This document shows, one piece after another, positions 32,913 through 46,400 of a stretch of DNA of 64,000 bases. The first letter of the stretch is position 1, and each line of letters starts with the position of its first letter. Both the position numbers and the translations under genes were made by a program. Origin of the DNA: Antedon mediterranea (Eukaryota > Animalia > Echinodermata); the NCBI RefSeq assembly GCF_964355755.1, contig NC_092678.1, positions 18,865,365 through 18,929,364 of the forward strand, given 5' to 3'. The notes under the pieces are model-generated. The model saw nothing but the letters and a program-made list of their open reading frames with translations. It had not been told where the DNA came from and did no database searches.

Positions 32913-34625
32913 AACAATATTTTCACCTGCCCACCCTACTTAAATAACAACAGCTTTGTGAGTTGCTTCGAATACTGTATTTCTTTTTAAAGACTCATTA
33001 TTTATTAAAATAATACATTCTCACTCTTAAAGGAATAATGTTGAGTATACTGAAAATGAATGGTTGCAATTCTGTTCTTTCATTTTAAATGTTATGTGTG
33101 TGTGCAGAGAAACAATAAAAACAAACAAACGTAACATGCTATTTATGGGATTCAAAGAAAACCAATTTAGAACTATCGTGAATTGCGATTTCTCCCGGGC
33201 CAACTTGCACAATTACACATTATAATATTTAAACGAAATAAATAGACAATTACTGGGAGTAGTATCAAAAATACAAGTACACATCTACTTTTCTGTTGCA
33301 ACGACTACGTATTGCAGTAGGTCAAACAAACACATACTCTCTTCTTTGTGGCTGATTCTCTGAATTAAAAAAAATAAGGGGGGGGGGACTTTTTGTGAAA
33401 GTTATAATGTACTACAATGATAATGATATGGCTAAGTAAATTGAAAGCATTAATTTAAACAAAAATAAAAATTCTTTATTTTTTTTATACACACCATTTA
33501 CACAAAACTACCAGGTAACTTGCAATTTACTAACATCATAAACCCAGACCCATTCATATTACATATTTCTTTTTCCTTTTATTCATTTAATTTTAGAACG
33601 ACCGTAAATGACTATGCAAATCCGGTATTACCGTATTTGTTGTTTATAAAAAAAACTTCAACCTTTAGAAACACAGAAAAAACTAGATTTAAATGTCATT
33701 ATATAAATTAGGTTTTTAGAAGATTGTTATTAAACTATTTATAGAATAGTTTTCCAGGAGTTACAGGAACAATTAAATCAAGAACAACAATTACAGAACA
33801 CTTTTTTATTAAATAACCAATCAGACGCGCTTATTATATCCAAATGTAGTAGAAAAGTAGCATATATATAAGAAGATATAGTAAAAAGTATTACCTTTTT
33901 GCAAAACCTGTGCCTTTCAAATTAAAAGCTGGAAAACCTTAACTCGACTTCTTACAGCTTAAGTTTTCAAGTTTGCTTCCAAAGGTATGGTTGTTATTTT
34001 GGTAAGTAAATATGTTATGTTGCTGCATACTAGTATAATTCTAATCAATTTACTTTCTTTTAAATACCCCTTTTCACTTCAACATTGTTTAAGCAGTGAG
34101 CGTGTATCTATTGGAAGACCTTGCAACACTTTTAGTTATTATTTGCGATTTAAAAAAATTCAGGTTCAACAATTTGGCCTAATTAGGGGTGTGTTCTGAA
34201 CGTGGTATAGCATGTCTAATGGTTGTCGATGCTAACACATATCCCCACACAATAATTGTTTTTAATTGCTTAAAAAAATTGCATAAAATACGTTAGTTGG
34301 GTTGTCTAAAAGTCGTAGATGACATCATATCAACTTTAGTCATTACACCTTATTTGGTATAAAATAAGTGTAACTTATAAGTAAATATGTCGTAACAGGT
34401 TTAATTTTTTTTTTTTATTGATATTATATTTAATAATTCAAGAAATAATGATTTATTATTCATAATTTTTGTAGTAGGCCTGTAGTAAACATTTAGTGTA
34501 CGTAAAATATAGTCTGAAATGCTATATTTATATAAAACAGGGCCTATCGGATATTAAATACATAATTGTTTTGAGGATAGGGATTGTGACTAAATTCTGT
34601 TTTCCTCTCTGTAGTTGATTTAGCT

Positions 34626-36049
34626 TCTATATATAAATTTACGTAAGGGCAAAATTCGGTAAATCGCGCCTTATTTCTAGAATGTTTACTCGATGGTATG
34701 TAAAGTTGGTTCGTACTTTCGGTACTGATTTTAACCACCTGATGTAACCCTGTTTACTAATTAAATTGAGTTCGATAATTAGTTATTGACGATTAAAACG
34801 AATTTAGGTTCAACGATTTGCCCCAAATAGGGGTGTTTTTAGATCGTGGTATACACTGTCTAATGGATGTCCGTCTTGAAAAATACCCGCAGACAATAAT
34901 ACGAGGATGCTTCGCATTTTCCTATCTCCTCCTACGATAGTTGTTTTTAATGGCTGAAAACCGGCTGAACAGCTCGAGTACAGCATCATAATGTTGAAGA
35001 CAGGCCGATTTTCTTTTAAAAATTCTATTTTGATAGATTTAATATACGTTTATACAAATGTATTTATTTGCGATGAATGGAACATTCCAATCTCTGTTCC
35101 ACAAGTGTCTATTCCCTCAGGCGTCGTAAAGGCAAGTACTGTATGACTCATAACAGAAATTCGATCCATTTTTTTTTCAATCTGTGCAGCTGCAGAGGTT
35201 GGATATACATTTTTTTTAAACGGATAATGAGCTAGCGTTTTCAGTCGCCGTATATTATGTTCCAATCTTTATTATTGCAGTTAAACCACCCACATCATCA
35301 CCCTTCCCTCACTGGCATGAGTAGCGTTGTAAAGCCAGTAGAGGATAGGCCTACGGTGCATCACATGCCATAAACGCAGAACAACTTTGGTGGGTAGGGT
35401 AGGAACCAACTTAAGTATGAATTGGCTCTAAAAAACAATTAAAAACCATTAGGCCTACTAATTAAGTTGAGTTAGATAATTTAATATTTATTGACGATTA
35501 AATCGAATTTATGATTTTCCCCGAATAGAAGTGGTTTTCACAAATTGTTTTACATTATATAAACATGTCGTAGTGATGTATCATGTACTATTTCAATCGA
35601 CTAGGACGGTGATAGTTTCAACAAAGTATTACATCGCAATGTTTTACTGTGTTTAGTGGTATATTATTTGTAAAACATGAAAACAATTAATATTTCGTTA
35701 CTAAATGGATAAAGAATATATTTTAAAATTGTTCCTCTTTGCACCCATCCTCTTCCCCATCCCTCAACCCTAATGTTACATACAAAAGACAAATTAAGTT
35801 TGCTTAATTTTGACTTAAACAATTGGTCTCATTATGTGAGAAGTAATTCCCAGGGTGCTAATTTTAGTTGAGTACATAAATCAGTGTCTATTTATTCGTT
35901 CCTAAACGACATGTATTATTGTACGTACATTTGAAATCGCCAGTTTTTTAACGCTGAAATTATTATGTATTCAAGAACCATCTGTGGGCACGACCTAGAT
36001 GGTGGGCACGACCCAGATGGTACGCGAGCGAAGCGAGCGTACCATCTAG
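34626..36049 (+). mobile_element. Non-autonomous Helitron, copy 3
   Basis: 5' end TCTATATAT. 3' hairpin AGATGGTACGC-GAGCGAAGCGA-GCGTACCATCT, then terminal CTAG. Confidence 0.88.
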
Positions 36050-37005
36050 TCTATATTAATTTACGTAAGGGCAAAATTTGGTAAATCGCGCGTAACTTGT
36101 TTAATTTTTATTCAATGGTATAGTAAAGTTGGTACACACTCTCGGAACCGATTTTCAACACCTAATGCAAACCTGTTTAGTTAGATAATTAGTTTTTAAA
36201 ACGAATTTATTTTGTTATGATTTCCCCTACACTGTCCTGTCTAATCGTTTTCGATGCTGAAACACCCGCACACAATAATACAACCTCCTTTTCTACAAAA
36301 ATTGTTTTTAATAGCTGAAAACCGGTTAAACAGCTCGAGTACAGCATCATAGTGTGAAGACAAACCAACTTTATTTAAAACGTACTATTTTATCAATTTA
36401 ATATACGTTTATACAAACGTATTGTTTGGCGATGGTTGGAACATTCCAATCTATTTTCATAGTGTCAATTCCCTCAGGCGTAATAGCCTAAATCAGTGTC
36501 CAACAAAAACCAATACACTCATGAGTATTACCAGTCCTAGTTTACAAAATCCCATTACTGTTAAGACGTAGTGTTAAGCTTTCGAGAGAACAGTTTCTTA
36601 ATGCTTTCGTCCTCTTGAATATCTGCCTATGTTGATAGTAAAATACATTAAAGCATTGTCGGTCGCCATGTGAATCGCCGATTTGTTTTACTGTTAGTGT
36701 GGGTACACTATCAGATACATGAACACATTATGCAAATCAACTTTATTAATGAGAGTTGTTTCTCAACAATGTTGTATAATTAAAAATTAATTTAAATATA
36801 TATATGTGTTTAGAGGTACGTTATTATAAAACAAATAACGTTCTTTACTGAGTGAATAAATAATATAATTTGAAACAATCATACCAAACACAAATTTGTT
36901 TTGTTTAAATTTGATTTAATATTAAACTTGGACTAATTTTGTTACAAGTATTCTGTTGGAGGTAATTCCAATGTTGCTAAATTTAGTTTACATAAAAAAC
37001 AGTGT
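36050..37005 (+). mobile_element. Diverged Helitron of the same family, head-to-tail with copy 3
   Basis: TCTATATTAATTTACGTAAGGGCAAAATTTGG starts immediately after the CTAG of copy 3. Collinear but diverged; 3' end unclear. Confidence 0.75.
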
Positions 37006-37354
37006 ATCTCAACAGTTGTTGGCCAACGGAAGTTAAGTTATCAGTAATAACTTGCTTTGTTTGTAAGATTATTTCATCGTCATCTCTATCCGTCAGGCTA
37101 CTTTATATTGTCTATTTAGGCTGAATACTCATCTGTTAACTCTTACTTAACTTAACTATTCTAGTTAATCATCGATATTATTTTGAACCACCTTGTACTT
37201 TAAACAAATCATAATAAACTGAACGTTAACTATTATTTGTGCACATCCAAACATTTTCAAATTATGTTGCAGATATTGTTATGAGCGAAATGTTTTTTCC
37301 TTCAGTTTTGATTGTATAAGATGATTAGTGTACTACTACTATATTTACACGAAC

Positions 37355-37412
37355 ATGTTACTAAAATGTCTGATTTTGGTATTTGGACTTTGCAATCTTG
37401 TCAATTCACAAA
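37355..37412 (+). CDS. Gene 2 first coding exon: signal peptide
   Basis: MLLKCLILVFGLCNLVNSQ followed by A|GTGAGT, a phase-1 donor that matches the first MAM exon. Confidence 0.7.
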
Positions 37413-40400
37413 GTGAGTATTTTTTTTCCCTGTTAGTTTTGTTTTGCATTTCTCTACGTGATTATTTTAATACTTGTTTGTAGCCCAGTGCCTGCAAAAG
37501 TTCAAACAAGAACAGCTTACTTGTTGTAAAGGCCAAGGAACAAAATCATGTGGTTTTATCCCATGCCTGTCACCTTAATTTTTTACATTTTGGGATGCTT
37601 GATCCAATTTACTGGAACAAGATTTATAAAAAAATTACCTTTTCCTCTCCTGACATGACTTTATATTTATAACTGTGTTTATATGTTCTTATTCATACAA
37701 CCAAAACAAATGCGCACATGTTGCACACACGTATCTATTTATAATATTTATTTTAGAAACGATAAAGATGATTTATGCTTATAAATGTATTAGAATGAGT
37801 AAATGTATCAAGTAGTCAAGAATAATGATTTTGAATAATGTATTAAGCACAGAAATAATATTAAAACAAAAACGCATACTTATGAGTTAGATAATGTTAC
37901 TGTAAATTAGCAATACAAATAGAATGACGTAAATAAAGTTTAATATGTATTTTAGATAAGATATGATTTAGTTGACGATTTTGTCTGAATTCAAATTTGT
38001 TCGTACTGTTAAAGGATAACTTTACCGAGAGCCATAGTTTTTGACAACGTATTAGGGATGTACAGAATTTTCATTCCAATTGCGATATTTACGATACCGC
38101 TGCGCGCGCTCACCGTACAGCCGTCGGCGTAAATTGCTGGACGTCAAGAGTGTTGAGAAAATGACCTCATGAGTTTTAACTGTTGTTAATATACAAGAGA
38201 TAGGTAACAGTCATTTTAATTACTAATTTGACCTGTATTAGGCTTAAATTAGCCAACATTTTTAGTCTGTTAGTCGAAAAAACACTTCAATCTCTACATT
38301 ATCAGACTTTATGTGACAAAAAATGTGATGTGCCCATATATGGACATGATAATGTCATATCACTGCCATAATATAATATAAGGGCAAAGGACAATGTTGT
38401 TGTCTTGCAAACTCTTATTGAATAGAGTATTCTTTATTGTTTTGTTTCTCTAACTAACAATTCCTCAAATGTTACCCAAAATTGCATCATTGATTATAAT
38501 TCACAATTAAATTAATTGGGTTTTGTTTTTAAATAAACAAAGTCGGTACCAATTATTATGTACATATTCTATAGTTTCGTTGCGTTTAGTTTCTGTACAA
38601 TCAAACATTGAGAAAGTCAATTTTGGCCAAGCGAAAGTTATTCAAGCGTTAAGAGGAATCAAACTAGTCATGTCGCAACCGCAGTATGAAACATTTGATT
38701 TAACAGAGCTCAGAATCCTTGATATAATCAGAACTTTGAATTTCAATTAATACTTACTTGTTAACAATTAACACTTACTTGTTAACAATTAACAATTAAG
38801 TATTGTCAATAACTATGTTCTACTCTAGATAATAACAGTTTTTTTGTGTGTTAAATTAGGTTCTATAACTTGTAGCTTTGATGTTGATTTTTGTGGATGG
38901 GACCCATATCCGGAGAGTGATTCCTACTATACACCGTGGCAACTTTCTAACGAGACAACTGATAATAGTATCAACCCTGGTCCAGGTAAACCTTTTGTTA
39001 TTGTTTTTATTAAACTAACTATATATAACTGCATTGAAACACTGCTTCTCGTCAGATTACCAAAGTTAAGTAACGTTGGGCCCGGTTGCGCTCTGAATGG
39101 GACACCGTCTCGGAATCACGTCCGGAGAGTAATGGTGTAATGGTAATATCTGTACTAATTTAAACTGATTGCGTCCTTACAAGAAACTTTACTCTCCTCT
39201 ACGTTGGCTTGAGATTTGGATGGGACGTAAAGTCGTTTGTCCCGTGTACATATAGTGCACGTTAACAAATTTTATTAGAAAAGTCTTCCGGTGTGCTGAC
39301 CACTTGTTTTCTTATTTACAGGCGACTTCTATGCTTTCATTAAAAACCATGAAAATAGTTTTTTTGGAGCGAGAGGATATATGTGGACCTCAGCGATACC
39401 ATCGAGATGGGATGATTTCTGCGTTAAGTTTAACTACTATTTGAGTGATAGAAGTGATAATATATTAATTGAACAATATAACTCATTTAACTATCAGTCA
39501 ACATACAAATATTTTCGCTCCAGAAGTACAGGATGGCAGCAAGGTCAAGTCAGCCTTACCACTGGTACGGGTTTTAATCGCCTGAGATTCTCTGGAGAAA
39601 CAAATAGAAACATTGTAGCTATCAACAATGTTAACATCAGTAGAGGATCATGTGAAGGTAAATTGTTAAAATTGTGTTAATAATTGAAAACTCAAAACAA
39701 AACATCATAATAAACCAAGATTTTCTATAATAAGAATAAAAAAGGATGAGCAAAGAATGATTATAAAATGACGATTATGATACAATTATTTTATTGTTTT
39801 ATGCGAATTAAAAGTAAAATAGATGCTGCTAAGATATGAACTCTGTACAGAAAATGCCATCGAGGCTTTATTTTCTGAAATGAAATAGGCCTAATAAATC
39901 AAATTTAGATCCAAGTTCCGATATTGTATTAACAGAGTAAATTTTCGAAAAACCGAGAAGATAAACATTGCTCTCTGCTGTAATCGATGACTTGGCTGCA
40001 TGTCTATTTTTTGATATTCAGTAAATTAGATATTGATATAATAATTTTTTTGTTTTAGTTTTATACGAATTAAAAGTTATCTTTGAAATGTGCTATCCTT
40101 TCATGAGATAACATTATTTGAATCAACAGAATCTTGGTCTTTCTTAATACTTCTGTATATTTTTATTGTCAAATTAGTAGATGCATAAATATTAACATCT
40201 CGTGTAAATAATTATTATATATATTATATATATTATATTGACAATAAACATTAACATAAGTATTTATTGCGTAATAGATTGTGTGAAAAATATTTATCTA
40301 ACAACAAGTGAGGCTATCAACATAACATCCCCATATTACCCAGAAAACAATGACAATCAATATCGTTGTGAGTGGATTGTGGAAAGTCCGAAAAATACAG

Positions 40401-43400
40401 GAATTCTACTCACGTTTTATGACTTTGAGCTACGGAGCTGTTGTGACTTTGTGAATATCACCTATTATGACACCATTGGCAATACCATGACTGGATTTTA
40501 CACTGGAAGAAATGTTTACAATATTCTGGCTAAAAGTTACTTAAGTATAATATTTCAATCTAACTACAACGGTGTTAACAGAGGATTTTCTCTAGAACTG
40601 AAAGTTATTGACATAGGTATGTTTACTTTTATGTATGTTGTTTAGTAATTAACACTAGTTTTCCATTACATTTTCATTGTTTACAATTAGGTATTTTATG
40701 TTGTTTTTTAATAAATGTCAATAAAATTGAAATATCTTTCTTTAGAATGTTCTGGATATTTGTGCTTGGATGGTTCTCATCTTGGTGTTTGCTTAAATGG
40801 ATCTTTAGTTTGTGATGGAACTGATGATTGTGGTGATTTTTCGGATGAAAGACATGGATGCACAGACCGTAAGTAAGATAATATAAGGAAAACAGCATCT
40901 GAAAATGCTATTATGGGTCAGAATATGGATTCCGTAGTATTAAAGATGTTTTTAGATTCATTACCCCTAGTATAATCAAAATACACTTATAGACAATAAG
41001 TAGCTCAGGCACGTACAAAAAAGGGGCGTTGGAGTATATACTGGTCATATGCGCATAGTTTTTCTCCTCTAAATACAGAGGATTGAGAGGAGGAACTATT
41101 TAGTGAACAAGAATGACTCGGGAAAACAAATATAACACTTGTAACGCGCTATACATAGGTGGTCATTATGTTTTATTTCCAGAGTAGATAAAGGTTTTAA
41201 ACAAGGTAGTCTGATGAGAATAAGATGCTCGTCTCTATCCTTTGCCATACGAATTGGACATGTTTATAATAGAGTCAGACGCCCAATTTTGTGTTTATTT
41301 ATTGTACTGTATATTCATACCACACTGTGATTTGATAGAATAATTTCGTTTTGGTGTTTTGCTAAAACATTGTTTGTTTATTTTGTATTTGGATTACTTC
41401 ATGAGAATATTACTGGAATCACAAGGTCTCGCCTGTAAAAATAGTGTTTCCATAATTAGTACTCACCACAACGGTCAAGTGGTGGCATGGAGGAATGTAT
41501 TTGGGATATATTCTTTGGTATAAATAGCGTCACATAATCGTACTTAAACCAATTATTATTTAGATGAATGTATATGCTGGATGGTTTTTGCATTTCCGTA
41601 CAGGCAATTGGTAAACATTGGAAAGATAAATAATAAATTAAATATCCGGTAAAATAAAAAAAAGCTTTCATGCTGTTTATTGGTTACTTATTTTATTTGT
41701 ATGCCTATCAAGATCCATTATGAATTATTTGCTCCATATATGTTTCATTGGGTCATTGTGTATATATAATTCTAATGGTTCTAAATGAAATGCAGGTTTC
41801 CTATACTGTTAGTATCAATTCATCTTATTGTATTTATGGCGGTCGTTGCAAATTAAATTAGTTTTCAATAATTGTTTTCATAGTGTTCTAAGTTCTTTTT
41901 TTTAACGTGTGCGTGTATATGCTACTAAATAAAAAAGTGGTGACTTCTTTGTCAAATTAGGTTCTATAACTTGTAACTTTGATGTTGACATGTGTGGATG
42001 GGACCCGTATCCGAATAGTATTTTGTATACAACATGGCAACTTTCCAACGAGACAACTGATAATACTATCAATCCTGGTCCGGGTAAGTTTTCATTTTTA
42101 GGATTATAAATAGATATTGGAATATAAAGAATTGTAAATATTGTGTACCCCAATATATGGCGCGCCAAGCTGTCATTTATTCAAGCAATAGAGATATCTT
42201 GGTTTTTAATAGAGATATCTTTATTTCCGAATGACATCTTGCCATAGCAATACAGTACTGTGTCTAGCTAGACACATTTTAAACAGAATTGATTTCTATA
42301 ATAATCTTACTGAACAGGACGAACTTATCCAAAAAATCCTGATTAAAATCCGTGTTTTTTATTAAGCTTTTATACAAAGGTTAAACATACAAAAACACAG
42401 GATTGATTTTTAAACACTTACCTACTTGTTTTCTTATTTACAGGCGATAACTATGCTTTCATTCAAAAGTCTGGATCTCAGTCAAATGCAAAAGGATATA
42501 TATGGACCGCATCGATACCATCGAGTTGGGGTGATTTCTGTGTTAAGTTCAACTATTATTTGAGTGATACAAATGATCGTTTTGAAATTGAACACTATAG
42601 TTCGTTTGACAATTCGGTTGCAACTAAAAGGTTCTACTTTACAAGCACAGAATGGAAGTTAGGCCATGCTAGCTTTTCCACGAGTACACCTATCAACCGT
42701 CTGAGATTCTATGGGAGAACATATGAAAACATTGTAGCTATCAACAACGTCAACATCAGCAGAGGAACATGTGAAAGTAAAATGTTAAAATTGGGTATTA
42801 TTGTTAATATTGTTACTGTTATTATTGTTTTATTTAACAAAAAACGCAAACAAAATGTATTAACAAGATGGCCTATAATGATAATTAAAAGTACTGTTAA
42901 TAATAAAGATAATTATAAAGGAAATGGCTTTGAGGATTTATTTTCTGAAATTAAATAATACGAACGAGTTCAGACATGTAAATTGTCCAGTTCTCACCGC
43001 TAGAATTGTTTTACTTGAAAATAAGTTTTATACGAGCATATTTACACACCCAGTTTCTAAAGTGAGCATATTAATCTAGTAAACTATATAAATTAGATAA
43101 TGATATATAATGTTGGTTCTATATGTTATTTTAAATATATTTATTTTAAGAATGCTCTGTGCTTTCATCGTAAAGTATACACATATTTGAATCAACATAA
43201 TAATTTGTCTTTCTTTTTACTTTATTATTATCAATATTATTATTAATATTATTATTATTATTTCAGCTGTTATTGTTATTGCTGCTGCTGTTTATGTTGC
43301 TGTTCTTTCTGCTTTGCTGTTGCTACTTATGTTGCTGCTGCTGCTTTTGCTGTTGTCGTTGTCGTCTTTGTCAAAACATTAGATTCACAAATAGTAACAT

Positions 43401-46400
43401 TTCGTTTAAATAAAGTAGTATTAACAAAAGTATTTCTTGATTCAACAGATTGTGTGAAAAATATGCATCTAACGACAGGTGATGCTATTAACATAGCATC
43501 CCCGTATTACCCAGAAAACCATAACAATCAGTACTGTGAGTGGATCGTGGAAAGTCCACAAAATACAGGAATTCTACTCACGTTTTATGACTTTGAGCTA
43601 CAGAGCTGTTGTGACTTTGTGAATATCACTTATGTTGACACCATTGGCAATACATTGACTGAATTTTACACTGGAAGGCATATTTACAATATTCTAGCTA
43701 AAACTTACCTAAGTATAATATTTCAATCTAACTACAACGGTATTAATAGAGGATTTGCTGCAAAACTGGAAGTTGTTGACACAGGTATGATTACATTTTA
43801 TATGTATTTGACACACGTTTTCCAATATTTGCTATTGTTTAAAAACTTTAAGTAATTCAGATTGAATTTTTTTTTTTTCAATTTCAATACAATAACATCT
43901 TTTCTTTTAGAATGTCCTGGATATTTGTGCTTAAATGGTTCTCGTCGTGGTGTTTGCTTAAATAGATCTTTAGTTTGTGATGGAACTGATAATTGTGGTG
44001 ATTTGTCTGATGAAAGACAAGGATGCACAGACCGTGAGTCAAATATTATTATAAGGAAACACGCATATGAAATTGAATAACGTTCATTATAGGCCGAAAT
44101 TATTATTTTGTTGCTGCTGTTGTGGCTGTTGTTGTTTTTCTTTTTCATTTGTTTTCAAAACCAATAAACATCAAGTGCTCAGGGATCACAATCCATAACA
44201 AAAACAGAAGATACAATAACAGTAAAAACAATACAATAGACCAGGGAAGAGTTAATTTAACTCTTCCCTGAATAGACAGATGTCTTTATCTGCATGACAT
44301 TGTTAGAAGTGTTCTACCTTTTTTTTCTAACTTTTTCAATGATTTGCCCCAAATAGAGGTGTTTTCCGATCGTGGTATACACTGTCTAATGGGTGTTCAT
44401 CTTGAAAAATACCTGCACACAATAATACGAGGATGTTTTGCATTTACCTATCTTCTTCTAGGATAATTGTTTTTAATAGCTGAAAACTTGTTGAACTGCT
44501 CGAGTACAGCATCATAATGTTAAAGAAAGGCCGATTTAAAAAAAAATACTATTTTGATAGGTTTAATATACAGTACGTGTATACAAATGTATTGATTTAT
44601 GAATGGATCATTCAAATCTCTCAGTCTCAGTATAATTATTGGTTTAACACAAGTAGGTAAATGTATGGGTTCCTCCTGGGGGAAATCTTAAAACCTTGAG
44701 ATATAGTATTGCAATATATATAAATTATGCTTAATTCTGACATAGGCGATCGTGAAAGGTCTCCGCCTTGAATACTTACCTCATCTATCTCAGATGTACC
44801 GCCAAACGTAGATTTGATAACATTAGTTCTCACTATTACGATATTGTTCCATATTACTCTCTTAGGAAGATATCATGGAGGGTTTTAAAACGAAATGTTG
44901 GGTTTCATCGGTAGATTTTTAAGCGTCGGCAGAAATAATAAAGTGGTGATATTTTTTTTGTTTTTAAATTAGGTTCTATAACCTGTAACTTTGATGTTGA
45001 CATGTGTGGATGGGACCCGTATCCGAATAATGGTATTTATGATACACCGTGGCAACTTTCCACGGGGACAACTGATAATAACATCCCCCCTGGTTCAGGT
45101 AAGATTTCTGTTTGAAAGTTAGAACACAAAATTATAAGGAATATAAAAATAAGGGTACACAAGTCTACAAGCCTCACTTAATCACAGTAGCTACCCCAAT
45201 ACAATGTCTAGCTAAATACCTCTATTTAATCGAAATCTTAAAAACTTTTTTTTTTATCTAAATAATAGTTTAAATAATATTGTTAGGACTCTTTGTAGGG
45301 CTTCATATACAAGCCTAATAATAGAATACAATTTAAACAGATTTTATTTCTATAGTAATCTCAGTAAACTTATACTATATTATGTTTGTGACAAAATTCC
45401 CAAAGTTCTGAATGTAATTTCTAACACATTTATCCGTAACATGTCTTTTGATAACCATTTAATATCCTAAACATACAAAAACAGGAGCTTGACTTTTAAA
45501 CAACAATTGTTTTCTCATTGACAGGTGATTACTATGCTTTCATTCAAAAGTCTATAACTTCGTCGAATGCGAATGGATATATGTGGACCACAGAGATACC
45601 CTCGAGTTGGGGTGATTTCTGCGTTAAGTTCAACTACTATTTGAGTGATAAAACTGATTTTTTATATATTCAACATTATCGTTCGTTTGATAGGCGGATT
45701 ACACAAAAAAGATTTTACTTTACAAGCACAGAATGGATGCTAGGAAATGTTAGCTTTTCAACGAGTACTCCTATCAACCGTGTGAGATTCCATGGAAGAT
45801 CATATAAAAACATTGTAGCTATCAGCAACGTTAACATCAGTAGAGGAATATGTGAAGGTAATATGTTCAAATTCGGTAATATTGTTAATAACGAATGTTG
45901 ATTCCCAGTATTAGTAAGATAAAATTGATGATTGCGGTAATTAGTCTAATAAAAGACAACATCTAGAAATTGTAAACATTCTATTAATGAAAGATTTCTT
46001 TCGATTCCTTACATCTAATCCTAATAAGGGGCTTATTTTAATAATGGTCACCAAAATACACTAGACAATTAAACAGCTGCTGCTCATCCCAATGATCAAA
46101 TGCCCATAATTTGGGATTACAAAGAGAATATATATTTCTATTTAGATAAGTTAGGCATAACAAATATACGTTTTTTATTTGACAAAATTCAATTTGTATT
46201 TTCAATTCCATTCTATTTGGTGGTGTTGAATAATGATGGTTAGACCCTGGATTTCGCTCCATTGAACATGCAAATGCCAAGAGTACAAAATATAGAAGCC
46301 GCACAGCCAACTATATCCTTATATTGTTAACACCAATGCTTTTGTTACTACGTCAATGACCTCCCCACTTCGGGGCTGATAAACATCTAATTTCTGGCTC

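Noticed and set aside
28545-34600. Additional gene between the two receptors
   Set aside because: Only short AT-rich ORFs and repeat fragments. I found no consistent exon chain, though non-coding exons cannot be excluded.
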